Shown here: positions 1-13,399 of the stretch, piece by piece | Position numbering within the stretch: the stretch's first letter is position 1 | Layout: every line of letters begins with the position of its first letter | Origin: the human T2T-CHM13v2.0 reference genome, Homo sapiens | NCBI RefSeq assembly: GCF_009914755.1 | Contig: NC_060930.1 | Length of the DNA: 64,000 nucleotides | Direction: 5' to 3' (one strand) | Notes under the pieces: model-generated | Seen by the model: the letters and a program-made list of their open reading frames with translations, nothing else | Database searches by the model: none | What the model was told of the DNA's origin: nothing | Position numbers and translations under genes: made by a program

Positions 1-1344
1 TTTTTTTCCAGTGACTTATTTATTTATATATTTTTACTAATTCTTTGTCTTTGTTAGCTTTTTTAACTTAACCAAACAAACAAAATCTAAGTCACATAGC
101 TTTCTTTGGGTTTGTATTTTCCGGGTCAACATTTTTGTTTTCTCTTTTACTTTTTAAACTTTTTCCTTTATGGCTTACATGAGGAAGCCAAGGCAAATCT
201 GAAAGGGGCACTTATCAGTCAAGGTCACCAAACTAGCAAGATACAGAACCAGAACTCAAAATCAGGTCACCTATTCAAAATGTCCTATTGTGAAGGATAA
301 GCACAGACATTGACTCAATGCCTTCCACGTCTGTGCCAAGTACTGTACCAAGAGCTTTATATGCCTTATCTCCGCTATTTCTATTAAACTCTAGTGCCTC
401 TTCAGGTAATATATGACATAGTATGCCAGGAATGTTCTAATATATATTAAATAATAAAAAGAATAACAAGGGAATCATTTGAAGGTATTTTCTTTTTTAT
501 ACTAGATAAATGGTGCACTATGAAAGCAGAACAGCTTTGAAATTGAAGGAAAAATTAATGGTTTTAAATCTAGGTTAGATGTGCACATGATTTCTTCCCT
601 TTCCAGCTGTTGTTAATGAACGCTTCAGGTCAGCCTGTCTGCACTTTGGCTCCTCTTAGATGGAAGTAACATGTATATGTTGCTATTTTTGAAACCTCAA
701 AGGGTGGTAGGCACAGTCTCCTGATGTGAAACTCATCAGAAATGAACGCCTTTATTTAACCTACAATCTCACCATTTATGAAACTGCTGGTTTGATATCA
801 GAGCCTCAAGTGATACTTCTCAGGAACCTGCTCCAAAGGCCAGATCCCGTGGAAGTAGAAGGGCTCTTTACTTTTTTCTTTCTTTCTTTTTTGAATTCTC
901 TGTTTAGATTAAACCTGATTGTAATTGCAAGATGCCCAAGTCTTTTAGATTGACTCTTTTCAACAGTTACACAGAATACCACAGCTCAGGGTCCCTTTGA
1001 ATAACTTTGACACTTATTTACCTTGACTTTCTGTTTGCAGCCTCTCAAGCCTAGTTTTGATCGGTCCTACTGCGAAAAGAAGAAAGGGGAAAAATTCTGT
1101 GCTGCAGAAGAGAATTGCGTCCCTGTTTAGTTTAGCTTGTTTCTCTCTGGAAAACAGTCATCACATTTATTTTTTAATGGCACAGCAGGTGTTACCTCAC
1201 ATGGCTACTGGGTGACAAGCTCCCGGTACAGGCCCATTGTACCCCAGAACCTGAGACTTCACCTGCCCAAGGCAAGGAGGCTACAGGGGTTTTTTTGCTA
1301 GCTCATCACTGAGGTTGTTTTGTTAGGATTCTACTTTGACCTTG

Positions 1345-1440
1345 CTAACTCATTCATTTATTCAATAGACTTTATTTATTCAGCACCTTCTATGGGCTAA
1401 GTACTGATCACAATCTACTAAGAAGACAAGGAATAGTAAT
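1345..1440 (-). mobile_element. L2 LINE 3' end remnant
   Basis: ttcattcatttattcaat...cagcaccttctatgggctaagtactg resembles the reverse complement of the L2 3' terminus; highly diverged. Confidence 0.5.
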
Positions 1441-1699
1441 GATTAAAAAAATAGACGGGCATAATATCATAGGCAACACTAGGAAATTTAAAACACACAG
1501 TGAATCCTCTAAGTTTCTCCCTAATATATCAGTTCCCATATATATGAATATCCCCTAATATATGAGTTTCCTTCCTATTATTGTTCATGCTCATTTCTGG
1601 TACCCCCATTGCAGAAATTGCACTACCAATTTTTGCATGTCCCCATGTACCTTGCTGGACCTGAACTGATATTCTCCGTCACCCTTACTCTAAAATGTT

Positions 1700-1810
1700 C
1701 TTGACAGTAATCTCTATTAGGGGAACAACCAAGTCTGTCTTTTTTAACATAGTCCTCAGCAGTTAGCAAAGTACCTAGTACATAGTTACATGTTTAATAA
1801 ATATCTACCA
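1700..1810 (+). mobile_element. L2 LINE 3' end remnant
   Basis: gtctgtcttttttaac...agcagttagcaaagtacctagtacatagttacatgtttaataaatat resembles the L2 terminus. Confidence 0.45.
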
Positions 1811-3039
1811 AGTATATAAATTAAAGGACAATCTTGCAACTGGTATGAACCATTGCTAGGTATTCAAAACCCATCTATTTCCCAGCCCACGCCTCCATGT
1901 CTGCAAGTCACAAATCTCCATTCTGGCTCACATACTCATGTGGCCACAGCTGGAACACCATTCCCTGACACACTTCCTCCTTTCCACTCTCTGAATCAAT
2001 GGCTCCTCTGGGATACCCATATCTTTCCTTCCTTGGTTTGCTCCATCCTGCTGTTATCCCATTTCTGACTCTTACAGCTTTACCTGACTCTGACATCTTC
2101 CTTAAAGATTCAAAGCTATAAGAACACAAAGCCTGCTATGGAAGATAGCCAGATCTTCTGGGAAGAAAATAGCATACTCGTGGGTATTTGACAGCGATGC
2201 CTTCGTAAATAATAAGTTATTTGACATTCAAGACTATTTAAGGAGGTGTGTGTGTGTGGAAGAAGAGTCAGCTGCCAGGGAGGTTGAATTAGTACAAAGG
2301 TCACGGTTGTGCTGCACATATTTTTGTAAGATACCATATCTAATTGTAAGGCAGTTAGATTGTGCTTATTTCAGACTGTCGGGGTTTTTGGTTTAATGAG
2401 ACAGTGCATTGCGTCTTCACAGATCGCTGACCATTGTTTGAAGCATTGTGATGATAACTGCATTTAAAGTTATTGAGCTTGGGTTTAAATAAATTACACA
2501 GAGGTCAAAGAACATGTATTTGGTGTTCCATAAAGAAGCAGAACCAGTGAATCACAGCTTCTGACGGAAAATAAAATCTTTATTTTAAAAATCACACCCC
2601 ACATCTCTCTCCTAGGAGTTTTTTAGACATTCCATATTTTGGAGTGTGTAAATGACTCCCTGAAATTTCTCTATAGGTTATGTAACACATTTGCAGATGT
2701 CTTATGTAACTAGATTAAAACTAAGTAACATGCACTAAAACTCAGCTGGTTATGTACTTTGAACTTATGGCTAAACAATGAGTTTTGAATTTATTTTCAA
2801 ATAGATGGAGAGGGAAGCCTTTTTTGAAACAAACACACATGTTGTTGGTTTCTGTGGATTTTATAAAAATTCTGTAGTTTTGTGGAAAGCATTAGTGTCA
2901 TTTTTGTAAACTTTGTTTTGGTATCTTCTCAATTTTGATAGTAAGCACATTTAAAATAAATACAGATTTTATATTCAGATAAAATAATATATTAGATAAT
3001 AAATTTCAATAAACAGTACTTTAATGAAAGAAAAATAGA

Positions 3040-3260
3040 TAAGCGGGTAAGTGAACTCAAGCTATTTGCCAGAGTTTATTTTAAGGGCTTCCATATATTA
3101 TCATATCTACTCTGTGCCACAACTTTATTGTACATGGGCTACCATCCCTATTTCAAATATGAGGGAACTGAAGCACAAAGAAATTAAGCAACATGCCTCA
3201 AATTATACAGCTAATAAAAGAGAGTTCCATGATTTAAATTACAAAATGTATACCACTACT
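3040..3260 (-). mobile_element. MIR SINE
   Basis: MIR core: atccctatttcaaatatgagggaactgaagcacaaagaaattaagcaacatgcctcaa. Confidence 0.7.
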
Positions 3261-3425
3261 TTATTCCATTGTCTAAATTTTCAAGTTTTACTTAACATTA
3301 CATTTAGGAAATACTTAGATATATCCACTTAAACGAGATATAATACAATTATTTACAGTAATACAAATACTCTAATAATCAATGGCACAATATAGTCTTT
3401 TATTTTACAGGATAAAGAATATATA

Positions 3426-3724
3426 GGCTGGCCATGGTGGCTCACACCTGTAATCCCAGTATTTGGAGAGGCCAAGGTGAGAGAATCACTTGAACCCAGG
3501 AGTTTGAGAACAGCCTGAGCAACACGGCGAGACCCTGTCTCTACAAAAATTTAAAGATTAGTCAGGCATAGTAGTGTATGCCTGTGGTCTCAGCTACTCA
3601 GGAGGCTGAGGGGAAAGGGTCTCTTGAGCTCAGGAGGTAAAGGCTACAGTGAGCTGTGTTAATACCACTGTACTCCAACCTGGGTGATAGGATGAGACCT
3701 TGTCTCGTTAAAAAAAAAAAAAAA
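3426..3724 (+). mobile_element. Alu, old AluJ subfamily
   Basis: Dimeric Alu with J-type features (cacttgaacccaggagtttgag, ggctacagtgagctgtg), poly(A) tail, degenerate TSD aaagaatatata/aaaatctatata. Confidence 0.95.
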
Positions 3725-3799
3725 TCTATATATACAACAGGCTTAACAAAATGTTACATACAAATTTGTGGCAGATTCTGTAAATTATTTCATTAAAAA

Positions 3800-4140
3800 T
3801 CTGTTTCAATTCCTTTTCCCCGTGTCCTCTATAATACAACTGGCTAAAACATTAAAATACTTAACTTCATGGTGTCCTCTTCTGGTAGAAATAGTCATGT
3901 GATTCAGTTCTTGCCAAAGAAACATAAGCACAAGTGTGAGGGTTCTGCAGTTTCTGCACCCTTTACCTTCTTGCCTGGGAGAGAGGCATGAGACAGAGTT
4001 GCAGCCATCACCACCAAGAACAGTAGCCCTGTGAGTGAGAAGGGGCTTACTTCCAAAATGGCATTGGTGAACTCTACCTACCATATAGAGGGCTACCCTA
4101 CACCTCTGGATCCATAATATAAATAAACTTCTATATCTTT
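3800..4140 (+). mobile_element. MLT1-type MaLR LTR (old, subfamily uncertain)
   Basis: gtcatgtgattcagttcttgccaaagaaacataagcacaagtg and a terminal aataaacttct are typical of MLT1. Confidence 0.55.
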
Positions 4141-4499
4141 AGAGGGATGGAATTGAAATAATAAGACAAGTGTCATCTATTGTTTTATGTATTCTATATA
4201 GCATCTTAAGGACATGGGTTAAAAGATTTCTTTTTCTTTAATGGGCAGAAATGTAAAAAATTCAAACAATAGTATGACCCAGTCTTTCAGTATGTGTCTC
4301 AGTTCAAGGGTCTGGACAGTCTTAAGTCTCTGAAGAATATTAGATTGCTAGGAAGACAGTTAAAAAATCAGATATATTTCTACCTGGGGAGTTAGAAAGA
4401 AAAATATTTTTGTATTGTTTCTAAGTGCTTTTCATAATAAAAAAGTAGCTACGTTGATAATAGATTACCTTTGATTATTAATTACAGCTTATATTAAAA

Positions 4500-5335
4500 A
4501 TATGCATGATTACTAAAAAGTCTAGAAGATAACACTGCTCTAACCACATTAATCAATAAGAGATTATTGGTTAAGGATTAATCTAATACTTTGGATAGCT
4601 AGATTTTAACTGAAAGATATAAGTAAAATATTAAGTCTACTGCTATCTACTTTGAATGTACTTTTAAAAATCTGTATGATTCAAGAATATTCTCTATTGC
4701 TGTTATTGATTATTAATAAGAACCATGTCACTAACTCCATATCTTACTCTTTTCCATTTCATATAAAAACAAAAAAATAGCTAGAGTAGCAGCCTGTGTT
4801 CTTCTTGGCTTGCCTTTCCTGGAAAGGAACCTCCACTATATAAGTAAATGAAGGTGAGAGCAATAGGGCACCAGTGTTCTTGGCTTTCTCAGCCTGGAGT
4901 AGCACTTCAACCCTACATGTGGGAGCTGGATAGAGAAAGAAAGTCCTAAACCTCTCAGTCATTCATGCATGGAATAGAGCCTCTGAAACACAGAGATAAA
5001 AGCTTCAGAAATACTAATGGCCAGTTCCTCCTCAAGAGATACTGAATCCTTCTACTGGGAGCCAGAGTGAAGTGTAGCATGTATTCAGGGGGAGAGGGAG
5101 CCCTGTGTTCTTGGCTGCAACCTGAAGTGGAGTTCCTACCATGTGGAACTGAGATATGGAAGGGAGGAAATAGCTGTTATGGCTCAAATCCCACAGATTC
5201 TTGCTGTTCATAGTGAGATATAGTAGAGACTTTAAATGATTGTTTATGTATATATAATTTTCAGCAGTTATGGTTGTCTCACTAGGAAGAAGGTCCATGG
5301 AGTTCCTCACTTCATCATTCTGGAGGTCCTATTCT
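4500..5335 (-). mobile_element. Old L1M (L1MC/MD-type) 5' region fragment
   Basis: cacagattcttgctgttc...gagactttaaatgattgttt...aattttcagcagttatggttg...ggtccatggagttcctcac resembles antisense L1M 5' ends; left boundary uncertain. Confidence 0.6.
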
Positions 5336-5699
5336 TAGTCTTAAGTCATGGGCCTGGCCCCTGGTTTTCTCTGCTTTCCAGATGTAAGAGATGAAAGCCT
5401 CTATATAAGTACTAAGGAGGCCATCTGGCTTTCACATTTGACTTGTAATTGCCTTTTAATTGTTCTAAGCCTTTCTTTATATTTTTTAGGATTTCCATCA
5501 AGCTCAGCAATAGACATCCAATTCCATATTCCTATTTTCCCTATACTTTTTAAAAACCTGATAATATCACCAGCAAATGCAACCTCTTCCATTGGAATAT
5601 CATTCTAATTAATACCAGTGAAAGTTTTAATAATTGAACTGCCACTTTGTATTAGGATCTATCTGTGCTTTACGAATCACCAGTGATGAGGTTCACTCT

Positions 5700-6107
5700 G
5701 CTAGCTGAGTGATTAGAAGATGATCTAACACAATGTTCAGGACTCTATTATGAAAATCCTTGGGGATTATACCTGTGGAAAGGATATGATGGAGAAGAGT
5801 GAGGCAGAGGGATAAACTCAGCTGAAATGGTCTCAGTCAACCCCAAGGTGAGTTATGAAGCTGAAATGTCCATTAGAATTGCCTTTCAATGGGCTAAAAT
5901 ATCCAGCCTTTATACTACTACTTTGTTCATCAATGCATGTGGGCCATGCCTGAAAGGGCATGACATTGGGTGAAGAGACTCCCTGCAGCTAAGGCAAATT
6001 CATAAAGGGGTTGGCATTTGGAAGCTTTCAACCACTAGGCCTTCCAGCAGCTGAGATAACAAATCCTTCATTGAAGGTAAATCAAAGTGATACATGACCA
6101 CATCCAG
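5700..6107 (-). mobile_element. LTR16A/B-like ERVL solo LTR
   Basis: acctgtggaaagg...ggcagaggga...caacccc...gcctttatac...ctgcagctaaggcaaat...cagcagctg...aaatccttcattgaagg matches the LTR16 motif order. Confidence 0.7.
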
Positions 6108-8599
6108 TTCTAACCTAGTTCCAAAGATTTGGGAGCTTCAAGACTCTCTAGAATTTGGACTTTATATAAGCATTGAACTAATTCACGAACTTACCTTTGA
6201 AGATTCTATCCCTCTGTATTGGCCTCAGTATATTAAAGGGCTTGGGAGTAATATGCAAGTAATTCTTGTGTACATCTTAGAAGTGGCAAGACTTCTCACA
6301 CAAGTGTACTCTGTACACTAGCCAGGGAGAACTCTATTTCCCTTTGCCAACTCCAACCTGAGTTTTCATTCCAAATTCACTGTTGATACAGACCTATGTT
6401 TTACTTTAGGATTCAAAGTTTCAATAAACCTCATGTAGCTCAACCCCATATTCAAGATCTATCTTTTCCATCAATTGAATCCATTGCCACAATTATAACA
6501 AATTATTGGAGGGAAAAACAGAATCAAATGCAGGTCTTCAAATATGACCTGGATATTGAGCCCAAATATTAAGCATTTTAATAGAAATAGAGTTAGTTTC
6601 ATAGTTTAGGTTTGAGGAAAAATAAAAGAAATAGATATACTCTCTCTAAATTTATTATTCTTTCTGAGTGATTTACATTTAATATGTAAGTTAGATAAAA
6701 TTTTCTTTTTATTAATAATATGACAATAATTTCAGAGAAGATGTCTCATTTTTTCTCAACATATTCTTTTAATCTACCTACACATTCACTAAATGAAAGT
6801 TGTGTCTTAGCCTGCCAAATACAGTCATTGTCTTTCGGATTCCTTGAGCACAACTTTGTATAAGCTGTAATGTTGGCATCATCTGGTTAACCTCCAGTGT
6901 GGAATCTAAGGTTCCAAAGAGTTCACTTAGCAACTTTAAGGCAAAACAAAGACTGGAAACCAGGCATTTGGATTGCAGTTTCTGTAGACTTTTTGTTCAC
7001 TTGCCTCAAAAAGTCTAAAATTCTCACTTTCATCTTTAATCATAATTGTAGTTCCTTTTCAAACTTGTGTATAATATCCCAGACTCCTGTGTGAAGCAGT
7101 TTTATTATTTGTTTCTTGGAAAAATATATAAAAACTAAAATAACTATCTATCAAAAAATAAAATCCTTACTATTTCCCTTGAAGCTATTATTCTATTATA
7201 AAATAGTAGTTAAGTATTTACTCTAAATGAGGTTCTGTTCAAGAGATGGGAACAAAATATCCCTTACCGTCTAATTGCTGAAGCAAATGAGTGAATGCAT
7301 AATTATGGTGTAGCATGTTAGATCCTTTACAGGAGAAAATTTCAATATGTCGCAGAGATCCATAGGCTGAAGAACAAAAATTAGGAAAAAGCTTTCCACA
7401 AGAAACAACATTTAAGCTACAACTTAAATGATGGAGAGAGGTTTACTTAGAGGGTTGGGAAGGATACACCATGCATGAAACTTAGCACAAATGTGAAACT
7501 GTACTTGCTTTAAGAAGGAAGGTAGGAGATCACAAAGACAAATAAGTCTTATGATTACTTACTAATTATCTAAGATGACATGGACATCTTATCATACTTT
7601 ATCAAAAAGGATATTGAAGGCTAAAAGATACAACACATTACCAATAGCTTCACAGTTTAGTATAAGTTAGAGATGGTACTAGAAAGGAATGGAGAAGATA
7701 GGAATGGTGCAACTGTGTAAAATGTGACCTGAAAGGAATCTAAAGACTCACTTGCCAAGGACTGTCTACCTCACTGAGCTGCCACAGGGCTCCTGGATGC
7801 AACTTCAAAACAAAGCCCTAATAGGTTAATGTATTTTCATCAATGAAGAATGATGACTTTACTAGAGCAACAGAAAAAAAGACTGTCTGAGCCCAAAGGA
7901 AAGGAACAGAGAGGATGGCTGAGGCTGAGTAGGGTGAATCTCAGAGGATACCTGTAGAAGGACAGGAAAGTCCCTTGATCATTAGGGATGGGGGGCACCA
8001 AAAGGGAATAAAGTCTATCCAAATTATTTGGCAGGGTTTAGTCCCTGTAAGTAATTATGGAAAGAAATGGGTGCAAAGTGGTTGGTTTGCATTTGTTAAT
8101 AAAGAAAAATTTAAGGGCAGACAAGGATTTCCTATTTCCTTGGGTAACGCATTAAAGCATAAATAAAAATATCTGCTTTCCAACAGATGGTGTTTTTTTT
8201 AGGAAAAGAGCAAGATTAGGAGAATGCTAAAAGCAGCCATATCTTATTTTTGTGTAACATTTCTGGTTTTATGGCATAAAATAAGATAGACCCCTACATT
8301 TTGAAATAAAGAAGGAAAAAATGTAAATTATACAGCTGACCCTGCAAAATCACAAAAGGAAAAATGAGTCTTTAACTGAAAAAGGTTTGTTAAGGTTGGG
8401 AGCTGGCCAAACCATCTTCTCCTAGATGATTTACAGTCAGTAAAAGGTTATCTGCAATTCTAAAATTGCAGAGCTCTGTTTTCTAATCTGAATAAGAAGT
8501 AAACTTTGTCATAAGTTTTGGAAGAAAATCACTGTTTTAGATTAAGGCTTCTCATTTATATTCACAATCCTGTGGTTGATGAAGCTTAGTGGCTAGAAA

Positions 8600-8830
8600 A
8601 CTGGAATGGTAAGAATAATAAATGATAGCTCATTAAGCAATTTATCCATGTTAGGTGTTATTCCAAGTTCTTTAGTTATACATTTTTTCACTGTATCCTC
8701 CTAACAAGACTATGAACTAGAATTATTATTATCCCAAACTTACAGATGGGATGCATTGGGCAGGTGTCTCCTACTCAACAACATACAGTAAGTGGCAGAA
8801 CAGGACAAGAACCCAGAAGGCAGATGCAGC
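8600..8830 (-). mobile_element. MIR SINE
   Basis: aataataaatgatagctcattaagc...tcctaacaagactatg...attattattatcccaaacttacagatggg...agtaagtggcagaacaggac. Confidence 0.75.
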
Positions 8831-8944
8831 CTATTCTCCGACTGCCAGTTAAGTAGAGATTTCTTCTTTTTCTGCTGCATTATGATGTCACAAGAAACAC
8901 AGCAAAAGCTGTAATCGGGGTTAGGGTATATTAGCTAGGACATT

Positions 8945-9075
8945 TGGGTGGAACTAGACATCAAGAAACCTGGGTACATGACCTTGTTCTGACCCTGAAG
9001 TGCCATATTCTTTTTGGGCATGTTCTTCCAATCCTCTGTCATTAGGTTTCTCATCTGTGCTAAAAATAAAAGATG
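8945..9075 (+). mobile_element. MIR SINE fragment
   Basis: acctgggt...tttgggca...cctctgtcattaggtttctcatctgt. Confidence 0.55.
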
Positions 9076-10954
9076 TAATAATCTTTACAATACTAATGGT
9101 TCAGAATTTTGGAATGATACTAGTTAAACTTAACTACTCACAAGACTCTTAGCTTTCAGAGCTCAAAGTCAGGTATGTGTCTGTCATTCATGATTTTCCC
9201 ACTCTTTTCTGACATACCTCAAGTAATCACAGAGAACCATGTGTTATTGGCACTGAATTGCAGCTTGCCTTCAGTCTTTTTATTCCTTTACAACTGGGTC
9301 AGGTTTAGCTCAGTGTGATTGCATCTAGTGTCATAGCAGATACCATGTTTTCTCTGATAGTGTTTTCTGAAGTAAGATGTATCCCCAACATACAAGATCT
9401 TCAATGAAAACACAGTGAATTGTGCTACCCTTTGACAGCTTTAGTAGAATCATGAAATTAAAAACAAATCATTCAACCAAGGATTTCTAGGGGGTTTGCA
9501 GAGTATTCCAGGGCTATTCTTATGTTTGGGCTATTAATGCCATAGGAACAGGGAAATAATGGAGGACTCTTGAAGGAAAGTAGTTCTATATTCCTCAAGG
9601 AAGCACACAGATTTCATAGGCTGGGCTTGAGCAGCTACTAATTAACCATGGCCCCAGCAAATATACACACATATCATTAGAAAAAGTATCAGTGGATATA
9701 GTATATACCATATCCATATCTATATACATGCATGCTATATATATATTTTGTATATAAACCAAATATGTAGAACTGTTCATTGATAACCATGTTTTAAATC
9801 TATTCAATCACCAGCCTGAAGGTCTCCCTTTTTTCAATAGGAACAGTTGTTTGTAAGATGTATAATTTGGTTATGGAAGTTGCAATTATTTTTCATGTGT
9901 GTTTTTTCTTGGAGTTCAGGTCACCTGTCTTCTTTATAATATAGGCCAATTCCTGTGAGGATTTGTTTGGTGCCTGAGGGGAAAGAACCCTTTATGCTTT
10001 TCTTTCTGGGCACTTCACACCAGGCTTTCCCTTAGAGTTTTTATGCATTTTGCTTTGAGCTTTCCCTCAGAACTAGTGACTCCCAGATATAATCTCCAAA
10101 TTCTTATTCCAGATACAGTTTGCATTCAGTAGCTGCCTGTGGTTATGTTTCTCCACATGTTGGTTGTTCTTGGGCTTTCTTATTGTTGTTTGCTTTCAGG
10201 TACTCATCAGAACAGAAATGTTACAGCTGCTTCTGAGATGCTGCAGCAAGCATGGCTTGGGGCTAAAATGTGACAGACTTGTATTGACTTCCTGTCACCT
10301 AAGATTTCATTTATAGCTAGTGGCAGCCTCCAAGGCCTCTGGCTTCCCTCTTGTATTCATATGAATTAATGCAACATCAGCCCCCCAAATGTAAATACTA
10401 AAGTTTTGAAACCCAGGTTTAAGTTACTAGAAAAGCTTCTCCTTTAGCATCATCACAGAAATTAATTGACAAATGATAGCATTTCTGTAGCAACAGAAGT
10501 AAAATTCTGGGTATATATACAGTATGTTGGCAACACAAATTCGTTCATTCCTACCATCAGACATGGCTCTAAAATGTTTAATGTCTCCTTCTCTACCTAT
10601 CTTAGACCCAGCTTACTTCTTATCATGATGACTATGACCTCTTACTAAACAAATTCAGCCATATTGATTGCTTTGCCTACTGGATTCTGAAAGTACTCAA
10701 TATTTCAGTCCTATAGCTTTACCCTCAGTTATAATATTATATATATATATACATTGTTTTATACTTAAACAGTGTTACATGTATGGATTCTTTCCCTAGT
10801 GAGAGTAAGAGTGTGAAAGTAAGTACTATACCTTCTACCTCTTCAGTATCCTCTATATTATCTTGCATGGATCTAGGAAATGTAGAAAACACTCACTGGT
10901 TCAGGAATTTTATCTGATTGGAACACTTTAATAATTTTTCACACCCAGAATCAG

Positions 10955-11400
10955 TGAGAATGTAGAAAAGAAGAAACTCATAAATTTGGTGTTAATGTAA
11001 ATTGTTGCAACTTTCATAAGGCATTTTGACATTAGCTGTCAACATTTTTAAGTATGAATATATTTGAATCAGGAATTTCAGTTCAAGAAATCTAGTCTAT
11101 GAATATTATCACAAGCAAATAAAGATACATTAGGGCATTTTGTACTAACATTATTTATATTAGCAATAAAAGTGGTGTCAAACATTGATCAGTATGAGAT
11201 TGGTTAAATAATGGCATATCAATACCAGAGACCATGAAGCAATGCCTCAAAAAAGTAGACCTCAATATCTAATCAAAAGAAAGTTTCTGCAATAGCATTA
11301 ACAATAACCAAAACCACAAATAGACAACAAACCAAAAAACATTTAAAAAAAAACTATGTTGCAGAATATAATGTATAGAACAGCCCATTCTGGTAGCACA
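10955..11400 (+). mobile_element. L1ME-type 3' ORF2/3'UTR fragment
   Basis: gagaatgtagaaaagaagaaactcata...ggtgttaatgtaaattgttgcaacttt resembles the L1 ORF2 C-terminal region; very diverged. Confidence 0.6.
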
Positions 11401-11848
11401 AACATACCACATGTGCCAACTGTGGGTATGCATACCAACTGGAGAAGGAAAAAGGAGTCATTTTCACTTTGACTAATATTTTGCATAAATTTATTTAATT
11501 AATAACTTATTTGAATGCCTGTTATGTTCCAGATACTGTGCTACATGAGGATTTCATTTTAATGCTTTCAATCGTATTTCTTTAGTCACTTAAAAATATT
11601 TGTTTTTTCTTTAAATACATATTTTTAACAATAAATATTATCATGGTTCATCACAAAATTTATGTTTTTAAGAGTAGTGAAATTTGTTTAGATAGGTCAC
11701 TCAAGAAAAATGGCAAGATTATGTTCTAAACAAGTCAGTGCTGTAACCATGTATAATTTAAGCTTATCAAAACTGCATTATGTGAAAATCCCTAAAACAA
11801 ATTCCTGTATGTGCATACGGCATACATATAGCTGCATATCACGTTTTT

Positions 11849-12165
11849 GTTGTTGTTGTTGTTTGTTTGTTTTTGTTTTTGTTTTGAGACGGAGTCTCGC
11901 TCTGTCGCCCAGGCTGGAGTGCAATGGCACTATCTCTGCTCACTGCAAGCTCCGCCTCCCGTGTTCAAGCATTCTCCTGCCTCAGCCTCCCGAGTAGCTG
12001 GGACTACAGGCGCCTGCCATCATGCCTGGCTAATTTTTTGTATTTTTAGTAGAGACGGGGTTTCACCGTGTTAGCCAGGATGGTCTCGATCTCCTGACAT
12101 CGTGATCCACCCGCCTCGGCCTCCCAAAGTGCTGGGATTACAGGCGTGAGCCACCGCGCGCAGCC
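11849..12165 (-). mobile_element. AluY
   Basis: Y diagnostics (ctgcaagctccgcc, gggactacaggcgcc, caccgtgttagccaggatggtctcgatctcc), CpG-rich, perfect 13-bp TSD ATATCACGTTTTT at 11836-11848 and 12166-12178. Confidence 0.97.
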
Positions 12166-12249
12166 ATATCACGTTTTTAATAGGAAGTACTGAAAGAAGT
12201 GTGGTTTTTTTAGATAGACCACAATGAAAAAGGAAATAATTGCCTTAAA

Positions 12250-13275
12250 AGTTGTCTCACAGTTCTGAGAATGACATGAAACCATAGCACCTCCAATTGG
12301 ACATGACTTGAGGCATCACCTTGTCATCTACCTCTCTAAAGGAGACTTTGAGAGAGATTGAGAGGGAATCTGTTTTGTTTGTTTGTTTGTTTGTTTGTTT
12401 TGCATTTTCCAGGTTTTAGAGGATACTTACATTTCTTGGCTCATGACCCCTTCCTTCACTTTCAAAGTTAGTCATGATTGGTCAAGTCTTTCTCATACTG
12501 CACCACTCTGACACTTCGTGTTTGTAGTCAAATAGTCCCTCTCCTTTCCTCTAATAACCATTGTGATTACATTGGGCCTATCCGGATAATACAGGCTAAT
12601 CTCCCTGTGATGGTTAATATCGAGTATCAACTTGATTGGATTGAAGAATGCAAAGTATTGTTCCTGGGTATGTCTGTGAGGGTACTGCCAAAGGAGATTA
12701 ACATTTGAGTCAGTGGACTGGGAGAGACAGGCTCACCCTCAATCTGGGTGGGCACCACCTAATCAGCTGCCAGAGTGGCTAGAATAAAGCAGGCAGGAAA
12801 AGATGGAAGAGCAGACTTGCTGAGCCTTTCATCCTTCACCTTTCTAGCATGCTGGATGCCTCCTGCTCTTGAACATCAGACTTCAAGTTCTTCAGCTGTT
12901 GGACTTTCGGACTTACCCCAGTGGTTTGCTTGCCACAGACTGAAGGCTGCACTGTTGCTTCCCTACTTTTGAGGTTTTGGGACTCGAACTGATCCACCAC
13001 TGTCTTCCTTGCTGCTCAACTTGCAGACGGCCTATCGTGGGACTTTACCTTGTGACTGTGTGAGTCAATTCTCTTTAATAAACTCCCTTTAATATGTACA
13101 TCTATCCTATTAGTTCTGTCCCTCTAGAGAACCCTGACTAATACACTCCTCATCTCAAGATCCTAAATATAGTCACATCTTCAAGGTCCTTTTTACTGCA
13201 TACAGTAACATAGTCACAAGGTTCTGGAGATTTGGATGTTGACATCTTTGTGGGGCCATTATTCAGCTGGCTACA
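12250..13275 (-). mobile_element. MLT1C/D-like MaLR LTR, interrupted by MLT2A2
   Basis: ...gtgattacattgggcctatccggataatacaggctaatctccc // catctcaagatcc...gttgacatctttgtggggccattattcagctggctaca reads continuously across the insert. Confidence 0.8.
12606..13145 (+). mobile_element. MLT2A2-like (HERV-L) solo LTR
   Basis: Starts TGTGATGGTTAAT, ends ...GAGAACCCTGACTAATACA, 540 bp, AATAAA at ~13077, 5-bp TSD ctccc/ctcct. Confidence 0.9.
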
Positions 13276-13399
13276 ACTAGTAAATAAATTCAGGCCAGTT
13301 TGAATAAATTCTCAAGATTTCTGTTTCAATAGCAATGAATTGGAAACAGGCTACATCACTGAAAATGCGTAGCATAATTCATCTGTTACTGAGTGGGGT

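Noticed and set aside
590-960. Polypyrimidine-AG acceptor-like sites at ~606 and ~907
   Set aside because: No convincing donor or coding frame; an exon cannot be supported without transcript data
11710-12074. Alu-containing ORFs (also 20356, 48910, 48981, 53737)
   Set aside because: Standard Alu-derived translation artefacts
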